64,000 nucleotides of DNA from Candidatus Kaiserbacteria bacterium (GTDB lineage Bacteria; Patescibacteriota; Minisyncoccia; Phycocordibacterales; Phycocordibacteraceae), in contig DAIDIW010000002.1 of NCBI GenBank assembly GCA_027451665.1, positions 48,251 to 112,250 of the forward strand. Direction: 5' to 3'. The notes under the pieces are model-generated. The model was not told where the DNA came from and did no database searches. It saw only the letters and a list, made by a program, of their open reading frames with translations. Of this stretch, positions 28,663-38,679 are shown one piece after another; positions within the stretch are counted from its first letter, which is position 1; every line of letters begins with the position of its first letter. The position numbers and the translations under genes are program-made.

Positions 28663-28874
28663 TTGCACCTCAATTCGTAGGTTTAGGGCGTCTTTTCATT
28701 AAGACGCATACCTGCAGGCTTTTCTTTCGCGCTCGCCGGAACCTCCATAAAACGGCTATTTTACAAGCTTTTATGAACAGCGCGCAGGCCTGTCAAGGTA
28801 TAATAACTATTGACTTTTGTTTGTCAATGTGCTAGCGTATAACCACGGAAGCTAGCTTCCTCTAATCCAAATCG

Positions 28875-29477
28875 ATGCCTATCCTTGGAGCCCTAGTGGG
28901 CTTTTTTGCTTTGTCTGGCGCTATTGCCGCACTGCCGGCCACGGCAGTAGCTCTTGCGCCAGCCCCGGTACCGGTTGCGCATACCATCGCGCTGCCGATG
29001 AATCTCCCGACTTATGCCGTGACAATGACTGGCTATAATGCGGTCCCGGCCCAGACGGACAACAACCCGACCATCACGGCGTCCGGCGCATTCGCGAACC
29101 CGCAGGTGGTAGCGGCACGCTCACAGGACCTCGGGAAGGAACTCCCCTTCGGCACCATCATCGAGGTGGAAGGACCGTCCAAAACGCCTGGCGGCGGCTG
29201 CGGGTACGGCATAGTCCAGAACGATATCGGCTATCGCGTCATCGCCGATACCATGAACCGTAAATTCACGGATCGCGTCGATGTCTTGTTCGCCACAAAG
29301 GATAACTATCTTCTTATGGGTAACGGTCATGTGTTGAACGCTGCGACTATCATGGGCGTCTGTCCGGCGATGCGGATTCGGGTGGTCGGATTCGTGAACA
29401 TCAGCAATCCGGCGAACTTGCCGACAAGTCAGGCCGCGCTTGCCGCGCTAGTGCGAGGCAGGACGGCGTCAAATTAA
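28875..29477 (+). CDS. 3D-domain (MltA-like) secreted protein
   Basis: 'MTGYNAVPAQTDNNPTITASG' 3D-domain signature. It is divergent from the RlpA-like gene, with which it shares a 206-nt regulatory region. Confidence 0.55.
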   Translation: MPILGALVGFFALSGAIAALPATAVALAPAPVPVAHTIALPMNLPTYAVTMTGYNAVPAQTDNNPTITASGAFANPQVVAARSQDLGKELPFGTIIEVEGPSKTPGGGCGYGIVQNDIGYRVIADTMNRKFTDRVDVLFATKDNYLLMGNGHVLNAATIMGVCPAMRIRVVGFVNISNPANLPTSQAALAALVRGRTASN

Positions 29478-29533
29478 TCGTCGTCCTTAGGATAGGAAGA
29501 AAGCAATAAGAAAACCGCCGTTCGGCGGCCTTC

Positions 29534-30232
29534 TTACATCATGACCTCCGCCTCTTCGGATTCGATTTGGTCGACAATCCTCCGGGCGACGGCTTCAGCG
29601 GTATCCACCTGCATGCCGGGACGCCCTGCGGACGAGTCGTAGGTGGTGCCGAGCGCGTTCGCCCCAAAATCAGTCGCGGTCATCTTCGGGTGAAAGACGC
29701 AGACTGCGATGCCTTCATGCGAGAGCTCTGCGCGCGCCGTGAGCGAGAGCGCGTTCAGGGCGTATTTAGTCGACGCGTACGCGGCAAGTCCGGGGAAATA
29801 ATTCTTCGAAACGAGGGAACTGACGTTCAGTATGACTCCGCGCTCCCGTTCTCGCATCACAGGGATGGTTGCTTGCATTGCCTCGAGTACGGCGAAGACA
29901 TTAAGCTCGACGATAGCGCGGTACGCCTTGAGGTCGATGGATTCGACCGGTGCGAGGAGGCCCTGTCCGGCATTGTTCACGAGAATGTCGATCCGCCGGA
30001 AGATCTCGTGCGTGCGGCTGATAAGGCGGGTGACCTCTTCAGGCTTGCGTAGGTCAGTAACAATCGCGGTTGCGCCCGGCATCTCGGCGGCAAGCGCTTC
30101 GAGCCGTTCGGCAGATCGTGCGGCGAGCACTACCTGTGCTCCGCGTTTCGCAAGCTCCCTGGCTGTGGCGCGTCCGATTCCGCCTGAAGCTCCGGTCACG
30201 ATCGCGACTGCGTCACGTACTTCCATAGGCAA
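29534..30232 (-). CDS. short-chain dehydrogenase/reductase
   Basis: 'TGASGGIGRATA' Rossmann motif and 'YASTKYAL' catalytic YxxxK. Confidence 0.8.
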   Translation of the reverse strand: MPMEVRDAVAIVTGASGGIGRATARELAKRGAQVVLAARSAERLEALAAEMPGATAIVTDLRKPEEVTRLISRTHEIFRRIDILVNNAGQGLLAPVESIDLKAYRAIVELNVFAVLEAMQATIPVMRERERGVILNVSSLVSKNYFPGLAAYASTKYALNALSLTARAELSHEGIAVCVFHPKMTATDFGANALGTTYDSSAGRPGMQVDTAEAVARRIVDQIESEEAEVMM

Positions 30233-30297
30233 AAGCTTAACATCGCGCCTGCATAGGTGCGGTGGGGAAAAGCACGGCTCTGCTATACTCTGCGCAT

Positions 30298-31020
30298 ATG
30301 TTTCAGACGCTTTTCAATACGGTGACCGGGGAGCAGAAAAAGGATGCAATCGAGAAGATCATCTCGCACGCGAGCCCGCGGCCGGATTTTTTCCTCATGA
30401 TAATGCTTGCGGTCGCGATGGCGGCCATGGGGGTCGTCACGAATTCGGTCGTCGTCCTCATCGGGAGCATGCTTATCGCGCCGATGCTCTATCCGCTGCT
30501 CTCGTTCTCGCTCGGGATCGTTATAAGCGACCAGGCTGTGCTCGGCCGCTCGCTCTATACGATCGTGAAGTCAGTGATGCTTGCGCTTGCAGCCTCTTTC
30601 GTCATCGGCGTCTTCTTCACGAGCGCTGATCTCTCCTCGTCTCTCATTAACGGCAGCGTGCCGACGCTCGCGTACGCTCTCATCGCTGGCATCGCTGGAT
30701 TCGCCGCGGCGTTCGCCATGACCAAGGAGAATCTGAACGAGATGCTTCCCGGAGTTGCCATCTCGGTGGCGCTCGTGCCGCCCCTTGCTGTGGCGGGGAT
30801 TGGGCTCGCGCACTTCGACTGGGCCGTCTTCGTGAATGCCATCCTTCTTTTCCTCACGAACGTCATCGGCATCGTACTCTTTTCGACGGTGGTCTTTTCT
30901 CTCATGGGCTTCTCGACGAAGCGTCATGTCGCACGCGAGGCGGTGAAGGCAGACGAGAAGCAGATACAGCAGGAAGCGCAAACGGCATCTGCCACGTCCG
31001 CCTCGAAGAGCGCCGTCTAG
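30298..31020 (+). CDS. DUF389/TIGR00341-family membrane protein (start at 'MFQTLF')
   Basis: Multi-TM with a 'GSMLIAPML' segment. Family assignment is by overall pattern only. Confidence 0.45.
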   Translation: MFQTLFNTVTGEQKKDAIEKIISHASPRPDFFLMIMLAVAMAAMGVVTNSVVVLIGSMLIAPMLYPLLSFSLGIVISDQAVLGRSLYTIVKSVMLALAASFVIGVFFTSADLSSSLINGSVPTLAYALIAGIAGFAAAFAMTKENLNEMLPGVAISVALVPPLAVAGIGLAHFDWAVFVNAILLFLTNVIGIVLFSTVVFSLMGFSTKRHVAREAVKADEKQIQQEAQTASATSASKSAV

Positions 31021-31046
31021 CAGAAGTCAGACTTCTGCAGCAGGCG

Positions 31047-31760
31047 TCAGGCCTTCCGGATGAGCATGAATGGCGTCATCTCGCTGTCCTGTCCTGCGGG
31101 ATTATCGCGCAACAGCTTGTAGATGAACGCCTCCGTGATCGCGGACGTGGATTTCCCGAGCGAGATGGCGCCGCGGTAGTTCGCGTCGACGACGACCGTT
31201 TCAACTCCGTAGCGCGTTTTGAGCGACCGTGCGACCCCGTCTGGATCATGCGGCGCAAGCTTTGCCTTATCCTTATATTCCTCAATTGTCCAACTCATCG
31301 GACAATCGATGGATTTCGCTTGCTTGCCAACAAGGTAATAGAAGGCGCCATTCACGCCGAGCGGGCGCGTGAGCGCTGAAACGAATGCCGCGAAGAGCAC
31401 ACGCGGGTAGCCGGCTTCATCGATGAGCAGTTGCATGGCGGGCGCCGTCCCGTGTCCGAGACCGCGGAATTGAGGCGTACCGACATAATTGCGCACCTTC
31501 GACGCGAGGAATCGCGCGAGCTTGCCGGTCTTCACGTCCGCCGTATTCACGATCCGACCTTGCGTGATACATACGATCTTCTCAGAGACGAAAAGATAAT
31601 CGCCCGAGCGTATGTGGGGCCGGACGAATTCGTCGAGAAGCGCGAACAGGTCGTCACCCGGTTCGACGAGGCGCGACTTCAGGGGTATGCGAAGATAGCA
31701 CGTCCCGTCTACCTCCCGGGCGAGTTCTTTGCCGGGATTCGGCGCAAAGCGTTCGTTCAT
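31047..31760 (-). CDS. CofE-like (F420-0:gamma-glutamyl ligase fold) protein, tentative
   Basis: 'YLFVSEKIVCITQGRIV' resembles the CofE 'SK..S..QGR' segment. Assignment is weak. Confidence 0.35.
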   Translation of the reverse strand: MNERFAPNPGKELAREVDGTCYLRIPLKSRLVEPGDDLFALLDEFVRPHIRSGDYLFVSEKIVCITQGRIVNTADVKTGKLARFLASKVRNYVGTPQFRGLGHGTAPAMQLLIDEAGYPRVLFAAFVSALTRPLGVNGAFYYLVGKQAKSIDCPMSWTIEEYKDKAKLAPHDPDGVARSLKTRYGVETVVVDANYRGAISLGKSTSAITEAFIYKLLRDNPAGQDSEMTPFMLIRKA

Positions 31761-31927
31761 GCCGAGCAGTATACCGCGGGAAGGTGTCTATGCGCACAAA
31801 GAGCCTCGTGGCGGGACGCGCAATCGTTGCAAGGGCGACGAAGCTCGAGGCGCTCGCGTGCCGATTGCACCGAATCGGCGGTAAAACCGAGACAGTAGCT
31901 GCGTCTATCTGCTAGAATGCCGCGGCT

Positions 31928-32377
31928 ATGGCTCACACACCTAAACATCCCCACGCACGCGCGAGACGCACCGCGGCTGTGCAGGTCGGCATGGCCGTAC
32001 GACGTTCTTCGGCCGGGCTCGGGCTCTTTGCGACGCGCCCGTATAAGAAAGGAGAGACGGTAATCGAGTACGTGGGGCGCGAGCTTCCGGAAGCGGAGTG
32101 GTATACGAGCCGCAGCCGCTACCTTTTCGAAGTGAATGCGAGAAAGACGATCGATGGGAAGCCGGCGTGGAATATTGCTGGATACATCAATCATTCCTGC
32201 CGTCCGAATTGCGAGCCGGTGATCCGTAACGCGCGCGTCTTTATCAAAACGCGCCGGGCGATCATACCGGGTGAGGAGTTCACCTACGATTACGGTAGGG
32301 AATATTTCGACGATTACATCAAGCCGTTTGGCTGCCGTTGCGCCGCATGCGCACGTAAGCGGCGAAAGGGGAGCTAG
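31928..32377 (+). CDS. SET-domain protein-lysine methyltransferase
   Basis: 'GYINHSCRPNC' SET core, 'EELTYDY'-like 'EEFTYDYG', and post-SET Cys cluster 'CRCAAC'. TAGAAT at 31913-18 ends 10 nt before the ATG, suggesting a near-leaderless mRNA. Confidence 0.8.
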   Translation: MAHTPKHPHARARRTAAVQVGMAVRRSSAGLGLFATRPYKKGETVIEYVGRELPEAEWYTSRSRYLFEVNARKTIDGKPAWNIAGYINHSCRPNCEPVIRNARVFIKTRRAIIPGEEFTYDYGREYFDDYIKPFGCRCAACARKRRKGS

Positions 32378-32486
32378 ACAGTTGTTCGGGACGCCTCGTT
32401 GCAGAATCTCGTGCGCGTCCTACCATGGGGGTGGCGGGCTCGCCCGCTCGTGCGGATCGGAACCTTACCCGCTAACAATTTCGATT

Positions 32487-32678
32487 ATGTGGCAGGATTG
32501 GGTTAATGGCATCCTCGGTCTCTGGGTCATCCTTCTTCCGTTCATCGGCATGACGGACCAGACGACGCTTATTATCACGGGTATCGTCATCGCGATCCTC
32601 GGATTCTGGGCAGCCGCTTCCGGCGGTTCGTCGAGTTCGAAGTCTATGGGCGGCGGAGCTCCGATGAAGCAGAGCTAG
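32487..32678 (+). CDS. small membrane protein (63 aa)
   Basis: Two hydrophobic helices: 'MWQDWVNGILGLWVILLPFIG...'. Confidence 0.3.
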   Translation: MWQDWVNGILGLWVILLPFIGMTDQTTLIITGIVIAILGFWAAASGGSSSSKSMGGGAPMKQS

Positions 32679-32750
32679 GACGCTATCGCACGTTCAATCG
32701 CGGCGCCTCCGGGCGCCGCGATCATTTTCGTTTTCCCCTTGTCCTTGTAT

Positions 32751-32768
32751 GGTGAACCATGGTTCACC
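32751..32768 (+). promoter_or_regulatory. LexA operator (Cheo-type SOS box) in the lexA promoter spacer, with the -10 TATAAT at 32769-74
   Basis: Perfect 18-bp palindrome GGTGAACCATGGTTCACC containing GAAC-N4-GTTC. It lies between TTGTAT (-35, 32745-50) and TATAAT. Confidence 0.7.
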
Positions 32769-32781
32769 TATAATGTATCGT

Positions 32782-33351
32782 ATGTCATACGAAGAACAAC
32801 GCGGGAGATTGCTTATGTTCTATGCGCGGCACAGGCGTATGCCGGGGTATCAGGAGCTCATGCGGCTCATGGGATTCCGCTCGAAGAACGCAGCCTACAA
32901 GCTTATCGGTCGATTCGTTGAGGACGGCGTTCTCGACAAGGACGCGAAAGGACACATTGCGCCGGGTAGGATCCTCCGTGGCGCGCGATTACTGGGAGTG
33001 GTCGAGGCTGGATTCCCGTCGCCGGCGGAAGAAGAACTCCTCGACATCATGGATTTCGATGAATATCTCGTTCCGAATAAAGAAGCCGCGTACATTCTTA
33101 AGGTGAAGGGGGATTCGATGATTGAGGCCGGCATTCAGCCGGGGGACATGGTCATCGTCGAGCGCCGGCAGACGTATAAGCCCGGGCAGATCGTCATCGC
33201 GAACGTGGACGGTGAGTACACCATGAAATACCTGCGCCGTGAGCGCGATCGTTATTATCTTGAGCCGGCAAATGCGAAATATAAGCCCCTCTACCCGGCG
33301 GAGCACCTCGACATCGAGGCGGTCGTGACCGGGGTCGTGCGCAAATACTGA
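32782..33351 (+). CDS. lexA: LexA repressor (S24 peptidase); start set at the ATG just after the -10 box (leaderless)
   Basis: N-terminal wHTH, then 'VKGDSMIEAGI' (catalytic Ser) and '...K...' of the S24 LexA/UmuD family. Confidence 0.85.
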   Translation: MSYEEQRGRLLMFYARHRRMPGYQELMRLMGFRSKNAAYKLIGRFVEDGVLDKDAKGHIAPGRILRGARLLGVVEAGFPSPAEEELLDIMDFDEYLVPNKEAAYILKVKGDSMIEAGIQPGDMVIVERRQTYKPGQIVIANVDGEYTMKYLRRERDRYYLEPANAKYKPLYPAEHLDIEAVVTGVVRKY

Positions 33352-33421
33352 CGAGTATGCGCGCACTGCCTCCGGTCCGCACCGTACGCCGTATTTTTCC
33401 TCCAGGGGATCGGTTCGCTCT

Positions 33422-34726
33422 ATGACGTGGGGAATCTCGCAATCGTATCCGCGCGCGATACTCCATGTCGACGGAGATGCGTTTTTTGCGTCCTGCGAAG
33501 TGGCGAAGGAACCTGCGCTACGCGGGAAGCCGGTTATTACGGGGAAGGAACGCGGCATCGTTTCGGCTGCGACCTACGAGGCGAAGGCGCGCGGCGTTGT
33601 GCGCAGCATGAAGCTCCATGAGGCGAAACGGGTCTGCCCGGACGCAATCATCCTGCCTTCCGATTATGAGACGTACGCGCTCTTCTCGGCCCGCATGTAT
33701 GCGGTTGTCCGTCGCTATACGAATTCGGTCGAGGAGTACGGCATCGACGAATGCTTCGCGGACATTACGGGACTCAGGCGCACTCATCGTATGGGGTATG
33801 CGGAAATCGCCGCGGCGATTAAGCGGGAACTCGAAGCGGAGCTCGGCATGACGTTCTCGGTGGGACTCTCCTGTACGAAGACCTTGGCGAAGGTTGGCTC
33901 GAAATGGCAGAAGCCTTCCGGGCTCACGTGCGTCCCGCTGTTTGCCGCGTCGCGCTTTCTCGATGGGCTCTCGGTAGGGAAGGTTTGGGGTATCGGCCCC
34001 AATACCGCTGCGTTTCTCGCACTGCACGAGGTCACCACCGCAGGACAGTTCGCGAGGAAGGATGAGGCGTGGGTGAAGGCAAAACTCACGAAGCCGTCCA
34101 TCGAGACCTGGCAGGAATTGAACGGCGTCGTAGCGCTTCCGCTCGATACAAAAGGACGCGAGGGCTATCAATCCATCTCGAAGACGAAGACGTTCACGCC
34201 GCCGTCAATCGATCCGGTCTTTATCCTCGCACAGCTTTCTAAGAACGTAGAGAACGCGTGTATCAAGGCACGGCGCTGGAATCTCGCGACAGCGAAGGTC
34301 TTCTTTTTCCTGAAGACGCAGGATTTCCGGTATCACGGTTGCGAGGTGCGGCTTCCATACGCGACTAATCAGCCGCATGAGATACTCACCGAGGTGAAGC
34401 AATACGTGCCGAAGGTATTCAGAAAGGGAACCGCCTATCGCGCAACCGGCATCACGCTCTGCGAGCTCAAGGAAGCAGCGAGCGTGCAGCTCGACCTTTT
34501 CGGTGCAGTGGCGACCTCGTCAGCGCGCGCAGCGGTCTATGCGAGTGTCGATGAGATCGCGGCGAAGTACGGGAAGCATGCGGTTTTCCTCGGCTCTTCC
34601 TGGTACGCGATGCAGCATGTCGCGCATGAAGGCGCGCGCGGCGATACGCCCGTCCGTACGAAGAATCTTTTCAAAGGCGAGACCGCACGCAAGCGGCTCA
34701 ACCTGCCGCTGCTGGGGGAGGTTTGA
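33422..34726 (+). CDS. dinB: DNA polymerase IV (Y-family)
   Basis: 'ILHVDGDAFFASCE' and 'SIDECFADITG' Y-family palm motifs. It lies 70 nt downstream of lexA. Confidence 0.85.
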   Translation: MTWGISQSYPRAILHVDGDAFFASCEVAKEPALRGKPVITGKERGIVSAATYEAKARGVVRSMKLHEAKRVCPDAIILPSDYETYALFSARMYAVVRRYTNSVEEYGIDECFADITGLRRTHRMGYAEIAAAIKRELEAELGMTFSVGLSCTKTLAKVGSKWQKPSGLTCVPLFAASRFLDGLSVGKVWGIGPNTAAFLALHEVTTAGQFARKDEAWVKAKLTKPSIETWQELNGVVALPLDTKGREGYQSISKTKTFTPPSIDPVFILAQLSKNVENACIKARRWNLATAKVFFFLKTQDFRYHGCEVRLPYATNQPHEILTEVKQYVPKVFRKGTAYRATGITLCELKEAASVQLDLFGAVATSSARAAVYASVDEIAAKYGKHAVFLGSSWYAMQHVAHEGARGDTPVRTKNLFKGETARKRLNLPLLGEV

Positions 34727-34876
34727 GCGGTCGCCTTTCTCGTTGAATGGATTCCACGATGCAGTTCAGTCGTTCGCAGTCGGTACGCGCAAGGGCGATC
34801 GGGGGATGCGAGGATTTTGCCTCTGGACGTGCGGTATCATGCAGGCATAGGGTGCCGACTGGAGCCCGTTCTGTTC

Positions 34877-35758
34877 ATGAATCGCTACCTCTTCCTTATC
34901 ATCCTTGGGATCATGGCCTCGATTGCGCTCTTCGCGCTCTCGCTTGGGGGCAGCCATATCGTGCTGTTCTCTCCGCAGGGTTATATCGCGAAGCGCGAAG
35001 TCGCGCTCATGGCGCTCGCACTTCGGCTCATGCTTATCATTGTGATTCCGGTGTTCGCGCTCACTTTCGCCATCGCCTGGCACTATCGCGCGGGGAACGC
35101 TAAGGCACGCTACCTTCCAAACTGGGAGCATAACCGGCTGGAAGAAGCGATCTGGTGGGCAGTGCCGTTCCTCATCATTATCGCGCTCGCGAGCATCACC
35201 TGGACTTCCTCGCACGCGCTCGATTCGTACAAGGGGATCGCAACGTCGACGCCGGCGCTCGAAATTGATGTCGTTGCGCTCGATTGGAAATGGCTGTTCA
35301 TCTATCCCGCACAAAGGATCGCCACCGTGAACACGCTTACAATCCCGACGGGCACGCCGATTGCCTTCAAACTCACTGCGGATGCGCCCATGAATGCGCT
35401 TTGGATACCGCAGCTCTCGGGGCAGGAGATGGCGATGCCCGGCATGGTGACCGAGCTTCATATCGAGGCTGACGCGCCCGGAGCGTACCACGGGCTCTCT
35501 GGCAATTACAGCGGCGCCGGGTTCGCCGGGATGCAGTTCACCGCGCATGCGGTATCGAAGTCTGCTTTCGGCGCTTGGGTCGCCGAGACGCGTATGTCCA
35601 CCTCGACGCTTGATCGCGTAACGTATGCGTCGCTCGCCGCGCCGAGCGAGAATGTCGCGCCCGAGCGCTACGTGCTCGGTGATCCGGGCTTGTATACTTG
35701 GATCGTGATGAAATACATGACGCCGCCGGCCGCCTCGTCGACGCCGGCCTCCGGATGA
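34877..35758 (+). CDS. cyoA: quinol oxidase subunit II (CyoA/QoxA-like; no obvious CuA ligands)
   Basis: Two N-terminal TM helices, then a cupredoxin-like domain. It is adjacent to cyoB. Confidence 0.7.
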   Translation: MNRYLFLIILGIMASIALFALSLGGSHIVLFSPQGYIAKREVALMALALRLMLIIVIPVFALTFAIAWHYRAGNAKARYLPNWEHNRLEEAIWWAVPFLIIIALASITWTSSHALDSYKGIATSTPALEIDVVALDWKWLFIYPAQRIATVNTLTIPTGTPIAFKLTADAPMNALWIPQLSGQEMAMPGMVTELHIEADAPGAYHGLSGNYSGAGFAGMQFTAHAVSKSAFGAWVAETRMSTSTLDRVTYASLAAPSENVAPERYVLGDPGLYTWIVMKYMTPPAASSTPASG

Positions 35759-35760
35759 CT

Positions 35761-37716
35761 ATGCTTGGAAGACTCACGTTTGCCGCCCTCGAGCAGGGCC
35801 CCATCGTCTTCGCCGCACAGATGCTCGTGCTTTTCGGCGCGCTCGGTGTTGCTGCGCTCATTACCTATCTGAAACGCTGGAAGTGGCTCTGGAACGAGTA
35901 TCTCACATCGCTCGATGCGAAGAAGATCGGCATCATGTATCTCGTCGTTGCGGCCGTAATGCTCGTCCGCGGCGGCATCGACGCGCTTATGATGCGCGCA
36001 CAGCAGGCGGTCGCGGTGGGGAATAATGCCGGCTACCTACCGCCGGAGCACTTCGCGCAGGTATTCACCGGGCACGGCGTCATCATGATTTTCTTCGTTG
36101 CGATGCCGCTCATGTTTGGCATCATGAACGTGATCCTGCCAGTCATGCTCGGGACGCGCGATGTCGCGTACCCGTTCCTGAACTCGGTCTCGTTCTATCT
36201 CTTTACCGCGGGTGCGGCGCTTGTGATGGCTTCGCTTGTGATAGGGCAGTTCGCGACGACCGGATGGACTGCCTACCCGCCGCTCTCAGAGCTCGCCTAT
36301 AGTCCGGGCGTCGGCGTCGACTACTACATCTGGGCGCTCCAGATCTCGGGCATCGGGACCCTTCTCGCCGGCATCAATTTTATAGTGACGATCCTTAAGA
36401 AGCGTGCGCCCGGCATGTCTCTCATGAAGATGCCGATGTATGCCTGGACGGTGCTCGGAAGCATGATGCTTGTCGTCACTGCGTTTCCGGTGCTTACGGC
36501 TACGCTCGGATTGCTCACCCTCGATCGCTATCTCGGCATGCATTTTTTCACGGCGGGCGGCGGCGGCAATATGATGATGTACGTGAACCTGTTCTGGGCG
36601 TGGGGCCACCCTGAGGTCTATATCCTCGTACTTCCGGCGTTCGGCGTCTTCAGCGAGGTCGTTGCAACGTTCTCTGGGAAGCGGCTCTTCGGCTATACCT
36701 CCATGGTGATCGCAACGATGGCGATTACGATTCTTTCGTGGCTCGTCTGGCTACATCATTTCTTCACCATGGGCGCGGGCGCGGATGTGAACGCCTTCTT
36801 CGGCATTATGACGATGATCATTGCCATTCCGACGGGCGTGAAGATCTTCAACTGGCTCTTTACCATGTATCGTGGCCGCGTACGCTTCACGACGCCGATG
36901 CGCTGGTTCCTCGGATTCGTCGCGCTCTTTACGATTGGCGGCATGGCGGGCGTGCTTATGGCAGTGCCGCCGGCAGATTTCGAGCTCCACGAAAGCCTGT
37001 TCCTTGTCGCGCACTTCCACACGATGATCGTCTCCGGCGTTCTTTTCGGCGATTTTGCGGCGCTCGCGTACTGGTTCCCGAAAGTGTTCGGATTCACGCT
37101 CTCGGAAAAGTGGGGGATACGCGCGTTCTGGGCCTGGACGGTGGGGTTCATGCTCGCCTTCATCCCGCTTTATGTGCTCGGCTTCATGGGCGCCACGCGC
37201 CGGCTTGATCACTATCCGGCCGGGCTCGGATGGAATCCGCTCTTCATCGTCGCTGGCGTTGGTGCGCTTGTAATCGCTTCGGGCGTCGTATGCCAGGCGA
37301 TTCAACTCTATGTGAGCATTCGCGACCGTCGGAAGAATCGAGACTTGACCGGAGATCCGTGGGACGGACGGACGCTCGAGTGGTCGACTCCCTCTCCCGT
37401 CCCGTTCTATAACTTCGCAAGGACGCCAATAGTCGCTATCCGTGATCCGTTCTGGGCGGTGAAGTACGGTCTGGCGCCTCAGACGCCGGAGAACGACTAT
37501 CTTTCCATCGAGCTGCCGCGCGGGAGCGGTCTTGGGCTCGTCATTGGCGGAGCCGCCTTCGCCTTCGCCTTCGCGATGGTCTGGCATATCTGGTGGCTCG
37601 TGATGCTCGGCGCGCTCGTGATGCTCGGCGCGCTCTTTGTGCGCTTCCTCGACGAGGATACCGAGTCAATCATCTCTGCCGATACTCTGCGCCGCTTTGA
37701 TACCGCTACCGTATGA
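35761..37716 (+). CDS. cyoB: quinol oxidase subunit I (heme-copper oxidase catalytic subunit)
   Basis: 'WAWGHPEVYILVLP' CuB/His region and 'HFHTMIVSG' conserved HCO motifs. Confidence 0.9.
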   Translation: MLGRLTFAALEQGPIVFAAQMLVLFGALGVAALITYLKRWKWLWNEYLTSLDAKKIGIMYLVVAAVMLVRGGIDALMMRAQQAVAVGNNAGYLPPEHFAQVFTGHGVIMIFFVAMPLMFGIMNVILPVMLGTRDVAYPFLNSVSFYLFTAGAALVMASLVIGQFATTGWTAYPPLSELAYSPGVGVDYYIWALQISGIGTLLAGINFIVTILKKRAPGMSLMKMPMYAWTVLGSMMLVVTAFPVLTATLGLLTLDRYLGMHFFTAGGGGNMMMYVNLFWAWGHPEVYILVLPAFGVFSEVVATFSGKRLFGYTSMVIATMAITILSWLVWLHHFFTMGAGADVNAFFGIMTMIIAIPTGVKIFNWLFTMYRGRVRFTTPMRWFLGFVALFTIGGMAGVLMAVPPADFELHESLFLVAHFHTMIVSGVLFGDFAALAYWFPKVFGFTLSEKWGIRAFWAWTVGFMLAFIPLYVLGFMGATRRLDHYPAGLGWNPLFIVAGVGALVIASGVVCQAIQLYVSIRDRRKNRDLTGDPWDGRTLEWSTPSPVPFYNFARTPIVAIRDPFWAVKYGLAPQTPENDYLSIELPRGSGLGLVIGGAAFAFAFAMVWHIWWLVMLGALVMLGALFVRFLDEDTESIISADTLRRFDTATV

Positions 37717-38327
37717 CGCGCGATCTCCTCGTACCGTCCGTTCAGGTCACCGTGCCGCCGTTCACGGAACGTCGCGAGATAACGCTGCTCGGTTTCTGGA
37801 TCTATCTCCTCTCGGATGCCATCATCTTCGCCTGTCTGTTTGCAACCTATGCCGTCCTGCACGTCAACACATTCGGCGGCCCTGGGGCCCGCGATCTCTT
37901 CTCGCTGCCCTATGTGCTTCTAGAGACCTTCGTGCTTCTCGTCTCAAGCTTCACGGCTGGGCTCGGGGCGCTTGCCGCCTATCGCGGCAATGCGCGACAG
38001 GTACTCGGCTGGTTCTCCGTGACGCTCCTCCTCGGGCTCGCATTCCTCTCCCTTGAGGCGCACGAATTCGTCGGCCTTGTCGCGGGAGGACACGGACCCG
38101 CGCAAAGCGGATTCCTCTCTTCCTACTTCACGCTCGTCGGAACGCACGGGCTTCACGTCGCCCTCGGATCATTCTGGATGCTCTTTATGCTCATCGCTGT
38201 CTACCTTCGGGGGCTTACGGAAACGAACGTGCGCCGTCTCACGATGCTCTCGCTGTTCTGGCATTTCCTCGATGTGATATGGATCTTCATCTTTACCATC
38301 GTGTATCTGCTCCCCTTCATTAAGTGA
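37713..38327 (+). CDS. cyoC: quinol oxidase subunit III
   Basis: Five TM segments and a 'WHFLDVIW' subunit III motif. It overlaps cyoB by 4 nt. Confidence 0.85.
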   Translation: MTRDLLVPSVQVTVPPFTERREITLLGFWIYLLSDAIIFACLFATYAVLHVNTFGGPGARDLFSLPYVLLETFVLLVSSFTAGLGALAAYRGNARQVLGWFSVTLLLGLAFLSLEAHEFVGLVAGGHGPAQSGFLSSYFTLVGTHGLHVALGSFWMLFMLIAVYLRGLTETNVRRLTMLSLFWHFLDVIWIFIFTIVYLLPFIK

Positions 38328-38677
38328 ATATGGATTCTTACCGCGGCACATTTGGGACCTATATCGCCGGCTTCGTCGGTTCGCTCGTGTGTACGTGTGC
38401 CGCATACTATCTTGTGGTCGTGCATCCGGCTGCGCCCGCGCTCATTCTCGCAGCGGTAATCGCGCTCGCAACGTTCCAGTTTGGTGTGCAGCTCGTACTG
38501 TTTCTTCACTTGGGACGCAGTGCGAAGGTCTGGAATGTCGTCGCCTTTGCCTTCGCGTTCATCATTGTATGCATCGTGGTCGCCGGGTCGCTTTGGATCA
38601 TGCAGAACCTGAGCGGCCGGATGATGCCGTCGCAGGCGCAGATGATGCAATATATGAACAATCAGGATTCTCTGTGA
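38324..38677 (+). CDS. cyoD: quinol oxidase subunit IV
   Basis: Small three-TM protein overlapping cyoC by 4 nt. Confidence 0.65.
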   Translation: MNMDSYRGTFGTYIAGFVGSLVCTCAAYYLVVVHPAAPALILAAVIALATFQFGVQLVLFLHLGRSAKVWNVVAFAFAFIIVCIVVAGSLWIMQNLSGRMMPSQAQMMQYMNNQDSL

Positions 38678-38679
38678 GT

